A stretch of 24,329 nucleotides of DNA from Vicugna vicugna (lineage: Eukaryota). The notes beneath the pieces are model-generated. The model was not told the origin of the DNA, did no database searches, and saw nothing but the letters and a program-made list of their open reading frames with translations. Shown one piece after another: positions 22,733 through 24,329 of this stretch. Each line of letters begins with the position of its first letter. The first letter of the stretch is position 1. The translations under genes and the position numbers were made by a program. The stretch covers positions 74,835 through 99,163 of the forward strand of contig MU061553.1 in NCBI GenBank assembly GCA_013265495.1, read 5' to 3'.

Positions 22733-24329
22733 GCAGTTTAAAACTGAAACAAACTGTGTGTTGCCAAAAAGCTAGGTGATTGACGGGCTTTCACACACAC
22801 TTAACTCTCAGAATTGAGCATGTAGTGAGACGTTTGTTTATTTAGCATAAATGGAATGGGTTTTAATAGAAACACTTACTCTGGTTTCTCAGTATGTTTC
22901 CTAGTGCCGGTTTGAAATTCAAGCTGTTTTCACTGTAAAACCGAGTTGGAGCAAGTACCACCCCATATAAGTGTATGTAGTGAAGTTACACACTTAAAAG
23001 AAACTGTGTGTTCCCAACAAGTTAGGTGATTGAAGACGTTGACACACACTTAAATCTCAGAATTGAGCATGTGGAGGGACCTTCGTTCATCTAGCATAAA
23101 GGGAATGGGTTTTAATAGAAACATTTACTCTGGTTTCTCAGTATGTTTCCTAGTGCTGGTTTGAAGTTCATGCATTTTCAGTGTAAAACCGATTTGGAGA
23201 TAGTACTTCCGCATATTTATGTATGTTGTGTATTTTCCAATGAAAACAAACTGTGTGTTCCAAAAAAGCTAGGTAATCGATGGCTTTCACAGACAATTAA
23301 CTCTCAGATTTGAGCATGTGGAGAGACGTTCGTTCATCTAGCACAAAGGGAATGGGTTGCATTAGAAACACTTACTTTGTTTTCTCAGAATGTTTCCTAG
23401 TGCCGCTTTGAAATTCATGTAGTTTTCACTGTTAAACCTAATTGTAGCTTGTACCTCTCCATATATATATATTTATATGGTGTAATTCCACACTCAAAAG
23501 AAACTGTGTTTTCCTGACCAAATAGGTAATTGATTGCTTTCACACACATTCAACGCTCAGAAATGAGTTGTGGAGGGGCGTTCGTTCCTCTAGCATAAAG
23601 GGTATGTGTAGCAGTAGAAAGACTTACTCTGATTTCTCTTATGGTTTCTTAGTGCCGGTATGAAGTTCATGTGATTTTCACTGTAAAACCGAGTTGGAGC
23701 TAGTACCTCCCCATATATATGTATGTAGTCTAGTTACCATACCCACTCAATCTGTGTCTTCCCTACAAGCTAGGTGATTGACGGTTTTCACACACATTCA
23801 ACCCTCAGAATTGAGCGTGTGTTGAGGCGTTCTTTTATCCAGCATAAAAGGCAGAGTGAAACGTACAAACACATTCTCTGATTTCCCTTCATGTTTCCAA
23901 GCGCCGGTTTCAATGTAAAAGTGGTTTGCTGTGGATAACCATGTTGGAGCTTGTGCCTCCCCTTACATATGTAAGTAGTGTAGATGCTCTAAGATAGAAG
24001 CTCTGTGTTCCCAAAAATCTAGTTTTACAACGGCTTCCACACAGATTGAGATGTCAGAATTGAGCATGTGGAGAGGCGTTCTTTCATCCAGCATAAAAGG
24101 TAGAGTGACATGTAGAAACACTTACTCTGATTTCTCAGCATAATTCTTAAAGCCGGTCTCATGTAAAAGCGGTTTGCAATGGAAAAGCGCCCTGGAGTTT
24201 TTGCCTCCCCTTTGATATGTAACTAGCCTAATTCCCCGAGGCCAGAAACTCTGGGTTTCCAAAAACCTAGATGAAGGAGGCTTTCACACAGATTCCGTTC
24301 CCAAAATGGTACATGTGGGGAAGCATTCC
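21445..24329. repeat. Long inverted repeat: 861-bp arms 21445-22305 and 23469-24329 around a 1163-bp spacer
   Basis: Line-by-line reverse-complement comparison shows identity apart from two nearby 5-nt indels around 22026-22038 / 23736-23750. Confidence 0.95.
22745..24329 (-). repeat. Same satellite, reverse-orientation block running to the window end
   Basis: The reverse-complement anchor tttctc/tttccc recurs near 22884, 23133, 23381, 23632, 23881 and 24130 (period about 249). Confidence 0.95.

Noticed and set aside
21230..24329. CRISPR-like or coding interpretation of the regular repeats (ORFs 22225-22554, 22253-22441, 22561-22779)
   Set aside because: Units are contiguous monomers of about 249 bp with no unique spacers and no cas genes, in mammalian DNA. 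The ORFs are incidental satellite translations.

Overview
Mammalian, non-microbial DNA from a gapped draft assembly (N-runs at 5243-6116 and 10133-10235). It is most likely a camelid, judged from my recollection of the 3' UTR of a young LINE-1. The window looks like a satellite-adjacent mosaic. About 21 kb of mostly non-coding, repeat-rich sequence (L1, L2, MIR, hAT MITEs, ERV1 and MaLR LTRs) contains one recognisable coding piece: a lone, diverged but open TRAPPC9 exon at 4178-4391. That exon is flanked by frame-compatible non-TRAPPC9 exon candidates at 2727-2801 and from 6414. From about 21230 to the end lies a satellite array with a monomer of about 249 bp. The array switches strand at about 22740 and has 861-bp near-identical inverted arms (21445-22305 and 23469-24329). 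Most ORFs in the supplied track appear spurious. No rRNA, tRNA or CRISPR features were found. Repeat family names come from recalled consensus sequences, not a database search.
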